A stretch of DNA of 64,000 bases, from assembly GCA_001780725.1 (NCBI GenBank), contig MFIM01000001.1:19642-83641 (forward strand). Direction: 5' to 3'. This DNA is from Candidatus Giovannonibacteria bacterium RIFCSPLOWO2_02_FULL_45_28 (GTDB taxonomy: Bacteria; Patescibacteriota; Minisyncoccia; UBA11713; 2-01-FULL-45-33). Below, in pieces: positions 63,978-64,000 of this stretch. A model generated the notes under the pieces. That model saw only the letters and a list, made by a program, of their open reading frames with translations. It was not told the DNA's origin and did not search any database. The position numbers and the translations under genes are program-made. The stretch's first letter is position 1, and each line of letters starts with the position of its first letter.

Positions 63978-64000
63978 TAATTTCAGAGAACCTTCAAAAG

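Overview
This window reads like a small, streamlined genome of a Patescibacteria/CPR-type bacterium. That call is an inference from gene content and protein style, not a database hit. The backbone carries translation and housekeeping genes: tsaD, valS, glyRS, ileS, argS, thrC, tmRNA with smpB, infC-rpmI-rplT, pgk, tpiA, ndk, rnhA, recO-like, polX, a type IV pilus locus and comEC. Several mobile or accessory modules are interspersed. Main calls: (1) a complete diversity-generating retroelement (DGR) at about 41.3-44.5 kb; its reverse transcriptase is interrupted by a frameshift at a (CT)n microsatellite and is fused C-terminally to a family-4 uracil-DNA glycosylase domain, and a second RT remnant sits 8 kb away; (2) tRNA-Glu followed by a large serine recombinase and an AT-rich island at about 1.3-8.1 kb, ending in a Type II restriction-modification cassette (C protein, REase, Dam-like MTase) bracketed by ~90-bp direct repeats; (3) a vapBC cassette bracketed by ~65-bp direct repeats that duplicate the 3' end of the neighbouring beta-CASP ribonuclease gene, plus two hicAB pairs; (4) several families of short palindromic or tandem mini-repeats inserted in frame into essential genes (ileS, valS, argS, tsaD, tpiA, a DHH gene, comEC), similar to Rickettsia palindromic elements; (5) ileS additionally carries an inserted histidine-phosphatase (PGAM-like, RHGE motif) domain, and argS has a degenerate HIGH motif; (6) structured noncoding regions: a leader RNA with GNRA tetraloops and a pseudoknot behind a strong sigma70-like promoter, and a ~540-bp intergenic region with tandem DnaA boxes upstream of polX. 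Three RNA genes were found by eye: tRNA-Glu(UUC), tRNA-Arg(UCU) and tmRNA. RNA-gene and repeat coordinates from manual counting may be off by 1-2 nt.
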